Source of the DNA: an uncultured Rikenellaceae bacterium
Lineage (GTDB): Bacteria; Bacteroidota; Bacteroidia; Bacteroidales; VadinHA17
NCBI GenBank assembly: GCA_964507015.1
Contig: CAZDOM010000005.1
Span: 3,654-67,653 of the forward strand
Length of the DNA stretch: 64,000 nt
Direction of reading: 5' to 3'
Shown: positions 10,132 through 24,300 of the stretch, one piece after another
How positions within the stretch are numbered: position 1 is the first letter of the stretch
How the letters are laid out: every line of letters starts with the position of its first letter
The notes under the pieces: model-generated
What the model saw: the letters and a program-made list of their open reading frames with translations, nothing else
Told to the model about the DNA's origin: nothing
Database searches by the model: none
Translations under genes and position numbers: made by a program

Positions 10132-11919
10132 CTACATTCTTTCAGGCATCTCAATCCCCAGTAACCACATTCCTGAGTTAAGAACTTTTGATGTTATTTC
10201 AGATAAAGCAAGACGAAGATTCCTGACTGAGTCATCTGTTTCTCCAAGTATTGAAAAATCGTGGTAAAACTGGTTATACTCCTTTGCCAGTTCATAACAA
10301 TAATTAGCAATAATTGCAGGGCTATAGGATAAAGCAGCCTCTGATACTGTAGCGGGAAAATTTCTCAGAACCTTAATAAGGGAAAGCTCTTTATCTCCGA
10401 TCTTTGAAAGGCCTGGATACTGTGGATTGTATTTGATCTTCATCTGTTCTGCTTTTCTGAATACCGATCGTATCCTGGCAAATGTGTACTGAATAAAGGG
10501 GCCTGTATTACCATTAAAATCAATCGATTCGGAAGGATTAAAGGTCATATTTTTTTTGGGATCCACTTTAAGGATATAATATTTCAAAGCGCCCAATCCA
10601 ATCTTGGAAAAAATTTCTTCTTTTTCCTCGTCTGAAAAATCTGAAAGTTTACCAAGTTTAAGAGAAACCTCCCTTGCCGTTTCCTTCATTTCGCTTATCA
10701 GATCATCGGCATCAACAACAGTTCCTTCACGAGATTTCATCTTTCCTTCAGGGAGTTCCACCATTCCATAGGAGAAATGTATTAATCCATCAGCCCAGTT
10801 AAATCCGAACCTTTTAAGAACAGCACGTAGCACCTGGAAATGATAATTTTGCTCATTACCAACAACATAAATACACTTATTAAAACTATAATCTTCCTGT
10901 CTCAAAACAGCCGTTCCAATGTCCTGTGTAATATAAACTGCTGTTCCGTCAGAGCGAAGCAGTAGTTTCTGATCGAGACCTTCATCATTCAAATCGATCC
11001 ATATTGAGTTATCATCTTTTTTTAACAGTATCCCCTTTTTCAGAGCCTCAAATACTATATCGCGACCAGGCTGCCAGGTTTCTGACTCATAATATATTTT
11101 ATCAAAATCAACTCCGAGAGCCCTGTAGGTCTCATCAAATCCTTCATAGACCCAGGAATTCATCATCTTCCAAAGTTCTATAGTCTCACTGTCACCAGCT
11201 TCCCACTTAAGAAGCATCTCCCGTGCATCCCTCATGGCAGGTGCTGAATTCCGTGCTTCACTTTCCACATATCCATCGGCTACCAGATCATTTATCTGTT
11301 TTTTACATTCTTTTTCAAACAGAACATAATATTTTCCTACAAGATGATCACCTTTCATTCCCGATGATTCAGGCGTTTCACTATTCCCGTATTTTTTCCA
11401 CGCCAGCATTGATTTGCAGATATGTATTCCCCTGTCATTGACAATGTTGGTTTTTATTGCTCTGTGACCGCAAACCGATAGAATACGGTAAAGAGAGAAA
11501 CCAAGCAGATTATTCCTGATATGACCCAGATGAAGGGGTTTGTTTGTATTTGGTGAAGAGAATTCTATAAGGATGGTTTCGGGATTATTAGTTTTACAGG
11601 CAGCTGAAAGAGCATCATCAGAGACCATTTTGCGGAAATAGTCAATCCACCACTGGTCAGTGACCTCCAGATTCAGGAATCCTTTTATCACATTGAATCC
11701 TTTTACAGCAGGGAAGGTCTCCATGAGATACTTTCCTATTGTTTCTCCGGTCTTTTCAGGAGTATTCTTTGAAAAGCGCAGCAGAGGAAATACAACAAGA
11801 GTAAAATCACCCTTAAAATCTTTCCTGGTTGTCTGGATCTGAATCAGATCATCACCTGCATTACCATTATAAATTTTTCTAACTGCCTCTTTAATCTTTT
11901 CTGTAAGAACTCTCTCCAT
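10132..11919 (-). CDS. argS: Arginine--tRNA ligase
   Basis: SSPNTNKPLHLGHIRNNLLG (HIGH region), class I core, and a C-terminal DALR-type anticodon-binding region. The ATG at 11919 is preferred over the TTG at 11931. Confidence 0.92.
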   Translation of the reverse strand: MERVLTEKIKEAVRKIYNGNAGDDLIQIQTTRKDFKGDFTLVVFPLLRFSKNTPEKTGETIGKYLMETFPAVKGFNVIKGFLNLEVTDQWWIDYFRKMVSDDALSAACKTNNPETILIEFSSPNTNKPLHLGHIRNNLLGFSLYRILSVCGHRAIKTNIVNDRGIHICKSMLAWKKYGNSETPESSGMKGDHLVGKYYVLFEKECKKQINDLVADGYVESEARNSAPAMRDAREMLLKWEAGDSETIELWKMMNSWVYEGFDETYRALGVDFDKIYYESETWQPGRDIVFEALKKGILLKKDDNSIWIDLNDEGLDQKLLLRSDGTAVYITQDIGTAVLRQEDYSFNKCIYVVGNEQNYHFQVLRAVLKRFGFNWADGLIHFSYGMVELPEGKMKSREGTVVDADDLISEMKETAREVSLKLGKLSDFSDEEKEEIFSKIGLGALKYYILKVDPKKNMTFNPSESIDFNGNTGPFIQYTFARIRSVFRKAEQMKIKYNPQYPGLSKIGDKELSLIKVLRNFPATVSEAALSYSPAIIANYCYELAKEYNQFYHDFSILGETDDSVRNLRLALSEITSKVLNSGMWLLGIEMPERM

Positions 11920-12154
11920 ACAATCTCGCAAAATTTTCAGGCTGCTAAGATAGCATTTTAATAGATTGACTTAAAACAATTCATATTCAAAAGGGCGCTG
12001 ATATTAATCATAAGTTTATGCAAACAGTCGAAATTATTTGACTATCGGACAATAATTTTTGATGAAGAGATGATTATAAGTGAGGGTATTAATAAAAGAT
12101 ATGTTATTTTTATATAAAAATTCATAACAGGTTAATTATTAATATTCTTTTAAA

Positions 12155-12610
12155 TTGGAACTAAAAAATATTTACATTGAACCTAACAGCAAGACTCCTC
12201 AGATCGACTTTAATCATCATACGGGAGAATTAATCCTGTCTGGCAGATCAATTCCTGAAAATGCTGCTGAACTATATGAAAATATCTTGCAGTGGGTTAT
12301 ACAATATGCATCCGAGCCACGTCAAACAACAAATCTCAGGTTTAATCTTGAATACTTTAACACAGCCTCCTCTATCTGGCTGGCAAAAATTGTAAAGGTT
12401 CTCTGTTCAATAAATAAACCTGAAGCCACCCTGATGATTCATCTTTATTTCCATATTGAGGAATTCGACAGCATGGACATAGAGGATTTGAAGGATGCAC
12501 TGAGTCCTATTATTGATATGATAGGGACACCATCTGTCAGTCTGGGAATAAAAATTTACGGGACAGATGAAAATGGCGAAATACTTAAAGAGTCGATGGT
12601 ACTGATTTAG
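12155..12610 (+). CDS. DUF1987 / SiaC-family small regulatory protein
   Basis: IEPNSKTPQIDFNHHTGELILSGRSIPENAAELYENILQWV matches my recollection of the DUF1987 N-terminus. 151 aa; the TTG start is uncertain. Confidence 0.6.
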   Translation: MELKNIYIEPNSKTPQIDFNHHTGELILSGRSIPENAAELYENILQWVIQYASEPRQTTNLRFNLEYFNTASSIWLAKIVKVLCSINKPEATLMIHLYFHIEEFDSMDIEDLKDALSPIIDMIGTPSVSLGIKIYGTDENGEILKESMVLI

Positions 12611-12691
12611 ACCGCTGCTTAATCTTATTCTTATTTTATACTTTTCTCATTTTTTTGGCCTAACTTTATTAGGCCATTATAATCTGTTATT

Positions 12692-14203
12692 ATGTACAGG
12701 GTAATAATTTTAGTGTTATCAATTTTCAGTATTATGGACATTAATTCCAGAAGCCAGTCAGCTGACAGACAACCTGTTGCAGCAGGCAGTTTTTATGAAG
12801 CCAACAAGGATATTCTTTTAAAGAATATAGCTGGTCATTTCGCCGATTGCATAAAGTCGCCTGAGAACTGGAAAGTAAGAGCTATTATAAGTCCGCATGC
12901 CGGATATGTATTTTCAGGTACTGTTGCAGCTTCTGCAATCTCTGCAACACCGAAAGATGCCGAAATCAAAAATATCTTCCTTATCGGTTCCAGTCATGTT
13001 ATGGCATTTGACGGAGCATCAGTATTTTATACCGGTGATTTTATTACACCCCTGGGAAGAGCCGAAGTAAACACTGAAATAGCCACCAGACTAAAGGGAG
13101 AGAACAAGGTCTTTAATTTTCCGGTTACGGCTCACCTTCAGGAGCACTCTCTTGAGGTTCAAATACCGCTGATACAATATTATTACAAGAAAACACCAAA
13201 AATAGTTCCGATTATAATCGGGACAAATAATACAAATACTATCAAATCGATAGCTGAGGCCCTGAGGCCTTATTTCACCCCCGACAACCTGTTTCTTATC
13301 AGCAGCGATTTTTCTCATTATCCATCCTATGAAGATGCAATTGATGTTGACAACAAAACGGCAAATGCAATTGTATCTGACGATCCTGATGTCTTTCTTA
13401 CTGTTCTGAAAGAGAATACCAGAAATAATATTAATGGACTGGCAACAAGTATGTGCGGATGGTCGTCAGGACTTATGTTGATGTATCTTGCAGAAGGTGA
13501 CAGCAACCTTGAATTTAAAAAAATCGATTACTGTAATTCAGGTGATACACCATATGGTGATAAAGAGAGAGTGGTTGGATACAATGCCATTGTCCTGATT
13601 GAAAAGGGACAAACAACAAAAAATAAGAAGGAAGGATCAGTCACTGAATTATCATTCAGTAAATCAGAAAAAGAGGAGCTTTTTACTATTGCCAGGAACA
13701 GCATCAAAACGATGTTATATGATAAGAAACGCCTTAATATTGATGAGAAGAAAATACCTGAGGCTCTAAAAAGAAATCTTGGTGCATTTGTAACTCTTAA
13801 AATTGATGGCAGACTGAGAGGATGTATAGGTAGGTTTATTTCATCCGATCCATTATTTGAGGTTGTCAGGGTTTCTGCCTTGTCATCTGCCTTTGAGGAT
13901 ACCAGATTTAGCCCACTTACAAAAGAGGAATATGAAAAAGTTGAAATGGAGATCACCGTCCTGGGTCCTTTACAAAGAATTAATGATATTAATGAGATCA
14001 TCCTGGGGAAACACGGTATTTACATAAAGAAGGATTTCAGATCGGGAACAATGCTGCCACAGGTAGCCATTGAAAACGGATGGACTGTTGAACAGTTCCT
14101 TGGTTATACATCAAGAGATAAAGCAGGACTTGGCTGGGATGGCTGGAAGAATGCCGAGCTATACATCTACGAAGGAATGGTACTGGAAGAAAATAAAAAG
14201 TAA
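12692..14203 (+). CDS. Fusion protein: signal peptide + Memo-like domain (AmmeMemoRadiSam protein B) + AMMECR1 domain (AmmeMemoRadiSam protein A)
   Basis: N-terminus MYRVIILVLSIFSIM resembles a Sec signal. Memo motifs are ISPHAGYVFSG, SSDFSHYP and MCGW. After a Lys-rich linker comes the AMMECR1 motif GAFVTLKIDGRLRGCIG. Confidence 0.8.
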   Translation: MYRVIILVLSIFSIMDINSRSQSADRQPVAAGSFYEANKDILLKNIAGHFADCIKSPENWKVRAIISPHAGYVFSGTVAASAISATPKDAEIKNIFLIGSSHVMAFDGASVFYTGDFITPLGRAEVNTEIATRLKGENKVFNFPVTAHLQEHSLEVQIPLIQYYYKKTPKIVPIIIGTNNTNTIKSIAEALRPYFTPDNLFLISSDFSHYPSYEDAIDVDNKTANAIVSDDPDVFLTVLKENTRNNINGLATSMCGWSSGLMLMYLAEGDSNLEFKKIDYCNSGDTPYGDKERVVGYNAIVLIEKGQTTKNKKEGSVTELSFSKSEKEELFTIARNSIKTMLYDKKRLNIDEKKIPEALKRNLGAFVTLKIDGRLRGCIGRFISSDPLFEVVRVSALSSAFEDTRFSPLTKEEYEKVEMEITVLGPLQRINDINEIILGKHGIYIKKDFRSGTMLPQVAIENGWTVEQFLGYTSRDKAGLGWDGWKNAELYIYEGMVLEENKK

Positions 14204-14205
14204 CT

Positions 14206-16629
14206 ATGTATCATGTTATTGGAACGGGTGTCGCTGTTTCTGTACTATATTTTATAAGTTTCATTTTTTACCGCATTGGGATTTTTTCCCTTATCCGTCA
14301 CAGAAAAATCTGGAATTCTGTTCTGGCTATCACTTTCATAATCACAGCCCTTGCCGGATTATTCCTTGCCCTTCAAATTAACTACAAATGGGATCTGCCT
14401 ATTGTTAAATCTATTCTTAAATGGCATGTTGAAACAGGTGCCGGATTAGCCTTTACCGGTATCTTTCATTTGATATGGCATATTTCATATTTTACAAAGA
14501 TTTTTAAAAGAACAGAGGAGCCACGAAAGCAAAGCAGGTTTACTGAACGTAGCTCTTCAGAGATTAGTATTAACCTCTTTATTACAGGCTTCATAAGTAT
14601 GTCAGTTCAGATCCTGCTTTTAAGGGAATTAATGAATATTTCCGGTGGCTATGAACTTACTTCAGGGACATTTCTGGCATCATGGCTTATCACTTCAGCA
14701 ATCGGAGCATTTGCAGCCGGAAGTTCATCTTTGAATGATCTACGTAAAATTAACCTGCTATTCTCGTTAAGTCCCATTATGTCAATCATTTTGCTTTTAC
14801 TCCTGTCCCGGTTTTTTCTGCAACCAGGAGAGACACCTTCATTTCTTGTAAGTATGATATTTACTTTCCTGGTTCTCATTCCCTTTTGCCTCATATCAGG
14901 TTTCACCTTCGTAAAATTATTAGTTGCTGCCAAACTGGCAAATGGTTTTGTTCCGGGAAAATCTTTTTCAATTGAAACAACCGGAGGTATTGCAGCAGGA
15001 TTTATCCTTACTGTTCTTACAGCAGGTATCTTCAACACCTATAAACTCCTTCTGATAATTATATTGATGTCGGTTGCATATACAATACTCAACTACTTTT
15101 TAAAAGCCAGAGGTTACAAACTAGTAATAAAAATCACGATAGCACTATTAGCAGTTCTTATTATAATTTTCGATCCTGATATTCTTTTCAGAAAACTCCT
15201 GCTGCCGGGTGTTAAGGTTACAAAGACAACAGACACTCCATACGGAAACATTACTTACGGAGAATACGGAGGCGAAAATAGTATATATTATAACCATCAG
15301 CTGATCACATACAGTGATGATGTTGCTGAAAGAGAAGAGAATATACACTATGCAATGCTTCAGGCAGAGAAACCGGAAAATGTTTTGATTATCTCCGGTT
15401 CACTGACGTCTCTAATGCCTGAACTGCTTAAATATCCTGTCAAAGAAGTTGTTTTCATAGAAAGGGATCCTGAACTTTTAAAGGTTGAAACCGAACAGGT
15501 TGCCCAGGGGAATATTGAACTCAAGATTGAGAACAAAGATGCATTCAGGTATATTAAAAGTGAAAGGAGTCAGATTGATGTAGTTCTGCTTCTTTTACCT
15601 CCTCCTTCAACCCTTTCACTAAACAGATATTATACAACCGAATTCTTTACGGAGGTTAAGGAGAAAATCGGACCGAAAGGTATTTTCATGTGTTCTCCGG
15701 GCATCTGGGACAACTATCCGAACAAAGAGTCAATAACATTGTTTTCATCAATCTACAACGGTCTAATTGAAGTTTTTACCAACGTTAAACCGATCGTTGG
15801 AAATAAACTATACTTGCTTGCCTCTGATAACGAATTATCGGCCTCAATATGTGGACTGACAAAAGAAAGAGGTATAGAAAATATTTATGTGGGGCCGGAT
15901 TTTCTTGCGGACGACCTGATAAAAACTAAAAGCGAAGAGGTAGTTACTCTTATTGATAAAGATGTCAGACAAAACAGCACTCTGTTTCCCATATCAAGTT
16001 TTCACTTCCAGTCATATTTTATCAGTAAAAATCACAACGAGAAGGTTCCTTCAATTATTATTATGATCTTACTATTCGCACTGCCTCTTTTCACAATACG
16101 AAGAAATACTTACATGATGTATTTCAGTGCTGCTGGTCTCGCTGGTTTCGAAATATTAGCATTGTTGTCTGTACAGCTTGTTGCAGGAAACATGTACCAG
16201 TTAACGGGAGCTATACTTGCTGTTTTTATGACGGGACTTGCTGCAGGATCAGGTATAAATTCCAGAATTATGGACAGTATACCTTTAAAATTCAAGGCGT
16301 TAATTATTGTAATATGGTATTCAATAATTGCCCTGATTATCAATTATCTGTTATCAGCAAGCAATCCTGTTGCTGCAATATTGATTATTATCTTATCCAT
16401 ACTGCCTCCCTCATTCCTGACAGGACATATCTTCCGGGAACTGACTATTTCAGACAGTAATGGTTTGGTATCAGCCAAAACCTATAGTGCTGACCTTGCG
16501 GGTTCTGCACTTGGATTTATAATTATTTCAGGGATAATTGTTCCTCTCCTTGGAATAAAAGCTTCTATATTTTTACTGTCAGGTCTGATTTTTGCCGGTA
16601 TTCTACTTGGAACAAACAGGAACAAATAG
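14206..16629 (+). CDS. Polytopic membrane protein with a central spermidine-synthase-like (class I methyltransferase fold) domain
   Basis: 807 aa. There are many hydrophobic helices at both ends. The central soluble segment (YGNITYGEYGG...IISGSLTSLMPELLKYPVKEVVFIERDPELL...ENKDAFRYI...IDVVLLLLPPPST...YTTEFF) resembles the fused MFS/spermidine synthase family. The start lies 2 nt after the upstream stop. Confidence 0.65.
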   Translation: MYHVIGTGVAVSVLYFISFIFYRIGIFSLIRHRKIWNSVLAITFIITALAGLFLALQINYKWDLPIVKSILKWHVETGAGLAFTGIFHLIWHISYFTKIFKRTEEPRKQSRFTERSSSEISINLFITGFISMSVQILLLRELMNISGGYELTSGTFLASWLITSAIGAFAAGSSSLNDLRKINLLFSLSPIMSIILLLLLSRFFLQPGETPSFLVSMIFTFLVLIPFCLISGFTFVKLLVAAKLANGFVPGKSFSIETTGGIAAGFILTVLTAGIFNTYKLLLIIILMSVAYTILNYFLKARGYKLVIKITIALLAVLIIIFDPDILFRKLLLPGVKVTKTTDTPYGNITYGEYGGENSIYYNHQLITYSDDVAEREENIHYAMLQAEKPENVLIISGSLTSLMPELLKYPVKEVVFIERDPELLKVETEQVAQGNIELKIENKDAFRYIKSERSQIDVVLLLLPPPSTLSLNRYYTTEFFTEVKEKIGPKGIFMCSPGIWDNYPNKESITLFSSIYNGLIEVFTNVKPIVGNKLYLLASDNELSASICGLTKERGIENIYVGPDFLADDLIKTKSEEVVTLIDKDVRQNSTLFPISSFHFQSYFISKNHNEKVPSIIIMILLFALPLFTIRRNTYMMYFSAAGLAGFEILALLSVQLVAGNMYQLTGAILAVFMTGLAAGSGINSRIMDSIPLKFKALIIVIWYSIIALIINYLLSASNPVAAILIIILSILPPSFLTGHIFRELTISDSNGLVSAKTYSADLAGSALGFIIISGIIVPLLGIKASIFLLSGLIFAGILLGTNRNK

Positions 16630-16658
16630 TAGTTTTATTTTTCATTCAGGATTAATTA

Positions 16659-19818
<3,160 letters not shown>

Positions 19819-19826
19819 TAATTTTG
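19819..19826 (+). promoter_or_regulatory. TAnnTTTG -7 element upstream of the 191-aa ORF and dapA
   Basis: taattttg immediately follows the ligA stop, 40 nt before the ATG at 19866. Confidence 0.4.
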
Positions 19827-19865
19827 CACATGCTTACATTAGTAAAAAACTGTTAGGTTTGTATT

Positions 19866-20441
19866 ATGGAACTCTTCAGGGAGATAAGGTTAAAAATCGG
19901 CAATTCCATCCTTTGTAAGAAATCAGGAAAGGCTAAAAGAAAAGTATATTATTCCAATATCAACAGGATAAAAAGTATTGGGATAGTATGGGATACTGCA
20001 AAACCTGAGGATTTTGCTATTCTTTCAGAATTTTATCAGAAGATGAATGAGAGAAATATTAATATGACAATCCTTGGATATTATCCTGCGAAGGAACTTC
20101 CAGATCAATATACAGCTTTGAGATATCTGTCATGTATCCGAAAGAATGAACTCAATTTTTACTATATCCCAATATCGTCAGAAGCAATCGCTTTTATAAA
20201 TAAGATGTTCGATGTGCTGATCGATATCAACTTCGGTAGATTATTCCCATTATCTTATGTTTCAACCCTCTCGAAAGCCAGTTTCAAAGTAGGACTTTTC
20301 GATACCGGATCAGACAGTAATAACTTTGATCTAATGATTGAATTAAAAAAACCGGTTTCTGTCAGGGATTACCTTAACAATGTAGTTCATTATCTTGAAA
20401 TGATAAATTCAGGGGCATCCCCTGAGACTGACAAACAATAA
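19866..20441 (+). CDS. Hypothetical protein, 191 aa, coupled to dapA
   Basis: Long ORF with no motif I recognise. Its stop lies 2 nt before the dapA ATG. Confidence 0.55.
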   Translation: MELFREIRLKIGNSILCKKSGKAKRKVYYSNINRIKSIGIVWDTAKPEDFAILSEFYQKMNERNINMTILGYYPAKELPDQYTALRYLSCIRKNELNFYYIPISSEAIAFINKMFDVLIDINFGRLFPLSYVSTLSKASFKVGLFDTGSDSNNFDLMIELKKPVSVRDYLNNVVHYLEMINSGASPETDKQ

Positions 20442-20443
20442 AT

Positions 20444-21322
20444 ATGAAAAAATTCAGAGGTACAGGTGTAGCCATAGTAACACCTTTTAAGAATGATTCA
20501 AGTATTGATTTAGCAGCAATGGGCCGTGTTATTAATCATGTAATTAACGGAGGAGTTAATTATATTGTTGCTATGGGGACCACCGGAGAGACCTCAACTC
20601 TGAGTAAAGACGAACGGCAGGCTCTGATATCCTATATTGTTGAGGCAATAGATGGACGTATACCACTTGTTGCGGGGATTGGTGGTAATAACACCCAGGA
20701 AATAATAAGCATTATCAGGGAACTTAATCTTGAAGGGGTGGATGGTATCTTATCCGTTGCCCCATATTATAATAAACCGAGTCAAAAGGGTATCTTTCAG
20801 CATTTTAAAGCTATAGCAACCTGTAGTCCCTTACCTGTTATTATATACAATGTACCTGGAAGGACCTGTTGCAATATCAGCTCCGATACATGTCTGGAAC
20901 TAGCTCATGAATTTGAAAATATTGTTGCTATAAAAGAGGCTTCCGGTGATCTGGCTCACATCATGAGGATAATAAAAAGTAAACCCGATAATTTCCTGGT
21001 AATCTCAGGTGATGACATGCTTACCCTGCCCATTATGGCGGCGGGAGGAGCCGGGGTTATTTCAGTTCTTGCAAATGCTTATCCTGCACAATGCAGTGAA
21101 ATGGTAAATCACCTTCAAAAGAACAACTTCAAAGCTGCCCGTGATATACAGTTTCGTTTCATAGAAGTAATAGAATTGCTGTTTGCTGATGGAAATCCTG
21201 CTGGTATAAAGGCATTTTTAAGTATAATAAACCTATGCAGCAATACTCTCAGGTTACCACTGGTCCCGGTGAATCGAACTGTCTTCAGCAGGATACAAAA
21301 GGCAGTTGAAGAAATTGGGTGA
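20444..21322 (+). CDS. dapA: 4-hydroxy-tetrahydrodipicolinate synthase
   Basis: GTGVAIVTPF...GTTGE..TLS..E...YNKPSQ.G...HF...IYN.PGRT...IKEASGD pattern; 292 aa. Confidence 0.92.
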   Translation: MKKFRGTGVAIVTPFKNDSSIDLAAMGRVINHVINGGVNYIVAMGTTGETSTLSKDERQALISYIVEAIDGRIPLVAGIGGNNTQEIISIIRELNLEGVDGILSVAPYYNKPSQKGIFQHFKAIATCSPLPVIIYNVPGRTCCNISSDTCLELAHEFENIVAIKEASGDLAHIMRIIKSKPDNFLVISGDDMLTLPIMAAGGAGVISVLANAYPAQCSEMVNHLQKNNFKAARDIQFRFIEVIELLFADGNPAGIKAFLSIINLCSNTLRLPLVPVNRTVFSRIQKAVEEIG

Positions 21323-21330
21323 GGTATTTT

Positions 21331-24300
21331 TTAAACATTTGGGTTTGCAGGTTGAGCACCCGGGGCTCCTGCCGTCTGCTGAGCTCCGTGACAATGCTTA
21401 TATTTCTTCCCGCTACCACAAGGACACGGATCATTTCTGCCCACTTTCTTATCTACTCTGACTGGTTCTGTTTTCCTGTCCTTGTCCTGAGGGCTGCCCC
21501 CTCCTGAATTATACTGAGAGATATCATCTTTAGATGTTCTCAGGTTCTCTATTTGCCTTCTTCTTTGAGCCTCTTTAACCTGATCCGGATCCTGTGTAGG
21601 GATATAACCCTTCATCAAGGTGCTTACAACATCCTTATTGACTTTCTCAAGCATAGTCTTAAACAGCTCGAAAGATTCAAACTTGTATATCAGAAGAGGA
21701 TCTTTCTGTTCATAAGTGGCATTCTGAACTGATTGTTTTAGTTCATCCATTTCACGAAGATGGTCTTTCCATGCTTCATCGATTGTTGCCAGAACAACCG
21801 TCTTTTCATAGGCTTTTGATAGCTCTTTTCCTTCTGATTCAGCTGTTACCTTTAGGTTAGTTACTACCTGAAATACCCTTACACCATCTGAAATGGGCAC
21901 TACAACATTTTCATATACATGCGACATTCTCTCGTATACATCTTTCAGCACCGGATATGCCTGCTTCGATATTGCTTCAACCTTTCTCTTATAAGTATCC
22001 AGCACTTTCAGATATATTTTGTCGGTTATTTCCCGGGTATTCTCTTTTGAGAATTCGGATGAAGAAACTGGTGAATCTATTGAAAATGAACGTATGAGGT
22101 CAAACTCAAATCCTTCAAAATCACCTATTGAATAGTATGTATCCACAACATTTTCAGTAACATCAAACATTGAATTTGCAACATCCACACTTAATCTCTC
22201 CCCGAGCAAAGCATGGCGTCGTTTCTTATAGATAACCTCCCGTTGCGAGTTCATCACGTCATCATATTCAAGAAGACGTTTCCGAATGCCAAAATTATTC
22301 TCCTCTACCTTTTTCTGTGCCCTTTCAATTGATTTTGTTATCATTGAGTGCTGTATCATCTCACCTTCCTTAAGGCCTAGGCTATCCATTATTCCTGCTA
22401 TTCTTTCTGATCCGAAAAGTCTCATCAATTCATCTTCAAGCGATACAAAGAACTGAGAGGATCCCGGATCACCCTGTCTGCCTGATCTGCCCCGCAGCTG
22501 TCTGTCAACCCTTCGTGATTCATGACGTTCAGTACCAATAATGGCAAGTCCTCCTGCCTTTTTAACCTCTTCCGAGAGTTTTATATCTGTACCACGTCCG
22601 GCCATATTGGTAGCTATGGTGATTGTACCGGGTTTACCAGCTTCTGCCACTATTTCGGCTTCCCTTTGGTGTAACTTTGCATTAAGAACATTATGCTTTA
22701 ATCCCTTCATTTTAAGCATTCTGCTCAGCAATTCAGAAATTTCGACGGATGTTGTACCAACAAGAACTGGTCTTCCCTGACGATTCATCTCTGATATTTC
22801 ATCTATTACAGCATTATATTTCTCCCTTTTGGTTTTATATATGATGTCTTCCCTGTCGTCCCTGACAACCGGCTTATTGGTTGGTATTACAACAACATCA
22901 AGTTTATAAATATTCCATAATTCTCCTGCTTCTGTTTCAGCAGTACCTGTCATACCTGCTAGTTTATGGTACATCCTGAAGTAATTCTGAAGCGTAATAG
23001 TAGCATATGTCTGTGTTGCAGCTTCAACTTTAACATTCTCTTTAGCTTCAATAGCCTGATGAAGCCCATCGGAGTATCTTCTTCCCTCCAGTATTCTTCC
23101 GGTTTGTTCATCAACGATCTTTACTTTGTTGTCCATCACAACATACTCCACATCAAGGTCGAATAGTGTCCATGCCTTAAGCAATTGAGTCATTGTATGA
23201 ACTCTTTCAGATTTAACTGAATAATCCTGAAGAAGTTCATCTTTTAATCTCAGTTTCTCCCTTTCATTTTTCTCTGATTTCTCAAGTTCTGCTATTATGG
23301 ATCCGACATCCGGTAAAATGAAAAAGCTGGCATCCTCAACCGAAGTAGATATAAGATCAAGTCCATTCTCAGTCAGTTCTATTGAATTTGCCTTTTCATC
23401 AATAATAAAATAGAGATCATCTGTCACTTTGTGCATGTCTTTGCTATTATTCTGCATGTAGAAGTTTTCTGTCTTCTGCATTAATGACCTATTTCCCTCT
23501 TCGCTCAGGAACTTAATTAAGGCATTATTTTTTGGTAATCCTTTAAATGCCCGCAACAGTAGTTTTCCTCCCTCTTCTGTTTTTTCCTCTGCTATTAGAC
23601 GTTTAGCATCTGCAAGCACCTGTGTGACAAGTTTTTTCTGTGCCGCCACCAATTTTTCGACCTTTGGTTTAAGCTCATCGAATTGTTGTGTATCACTTTT
23701 GGCAGTTGGTCCGGAAATAATCAGAGGAGTACGTGCGTCATCAATGAGAACCGAGTCTACCTCGTCAACAATGGCATAGTGGTGTTTACGCTGAACAAGA
23801 TCTTCAGGATTTATTGCCATGTTATCTCTAAGGTAATCGAATCCGAATTCATTATTGGTACCGAATGTAATATCAGCGTTGTAAGCTTTCCGTCTGTCAG
23901 CAGAATTTGGTTGATGTTTATCAATGCAATCGACAGTCAGACCATGAAATTCATACATGGGGCCCATCCATTCTGAGTCACGTTTTGAAAGATAATCGTT
24001 AACTGTTACGATATGCACACCCCTGCCGGCAAGTGCATTAAGAAAGACCGGTAATGTGGCAACAACAGTTTTCCCCTCACCGGTTGCCATCTCTGCAATC
24101 TTCCCTTTATGCAGGGCAACTCCCCCTATAAGCTGAACATCATAATGTACCATATCCCACACTATCTCATTACCGCCTGCAATCCACGTATTATTCCAAT
24201 AGGCTTTGTCACCTTTTACATTAATGCTTTCCCTTGTAGCAGCAAGATCCCTGTCATACTGCATGGCAGTAACCTCAAGTATACTATTCTCCTTGAATCT

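Noticed and set aside
21319-21507. A 62-aa plus-strand ORF after dapA
   Set aside because: It is antisense to the SecA C-terminus, including the conserved Zn motif [14 protein letters not shown], so it is spurious.
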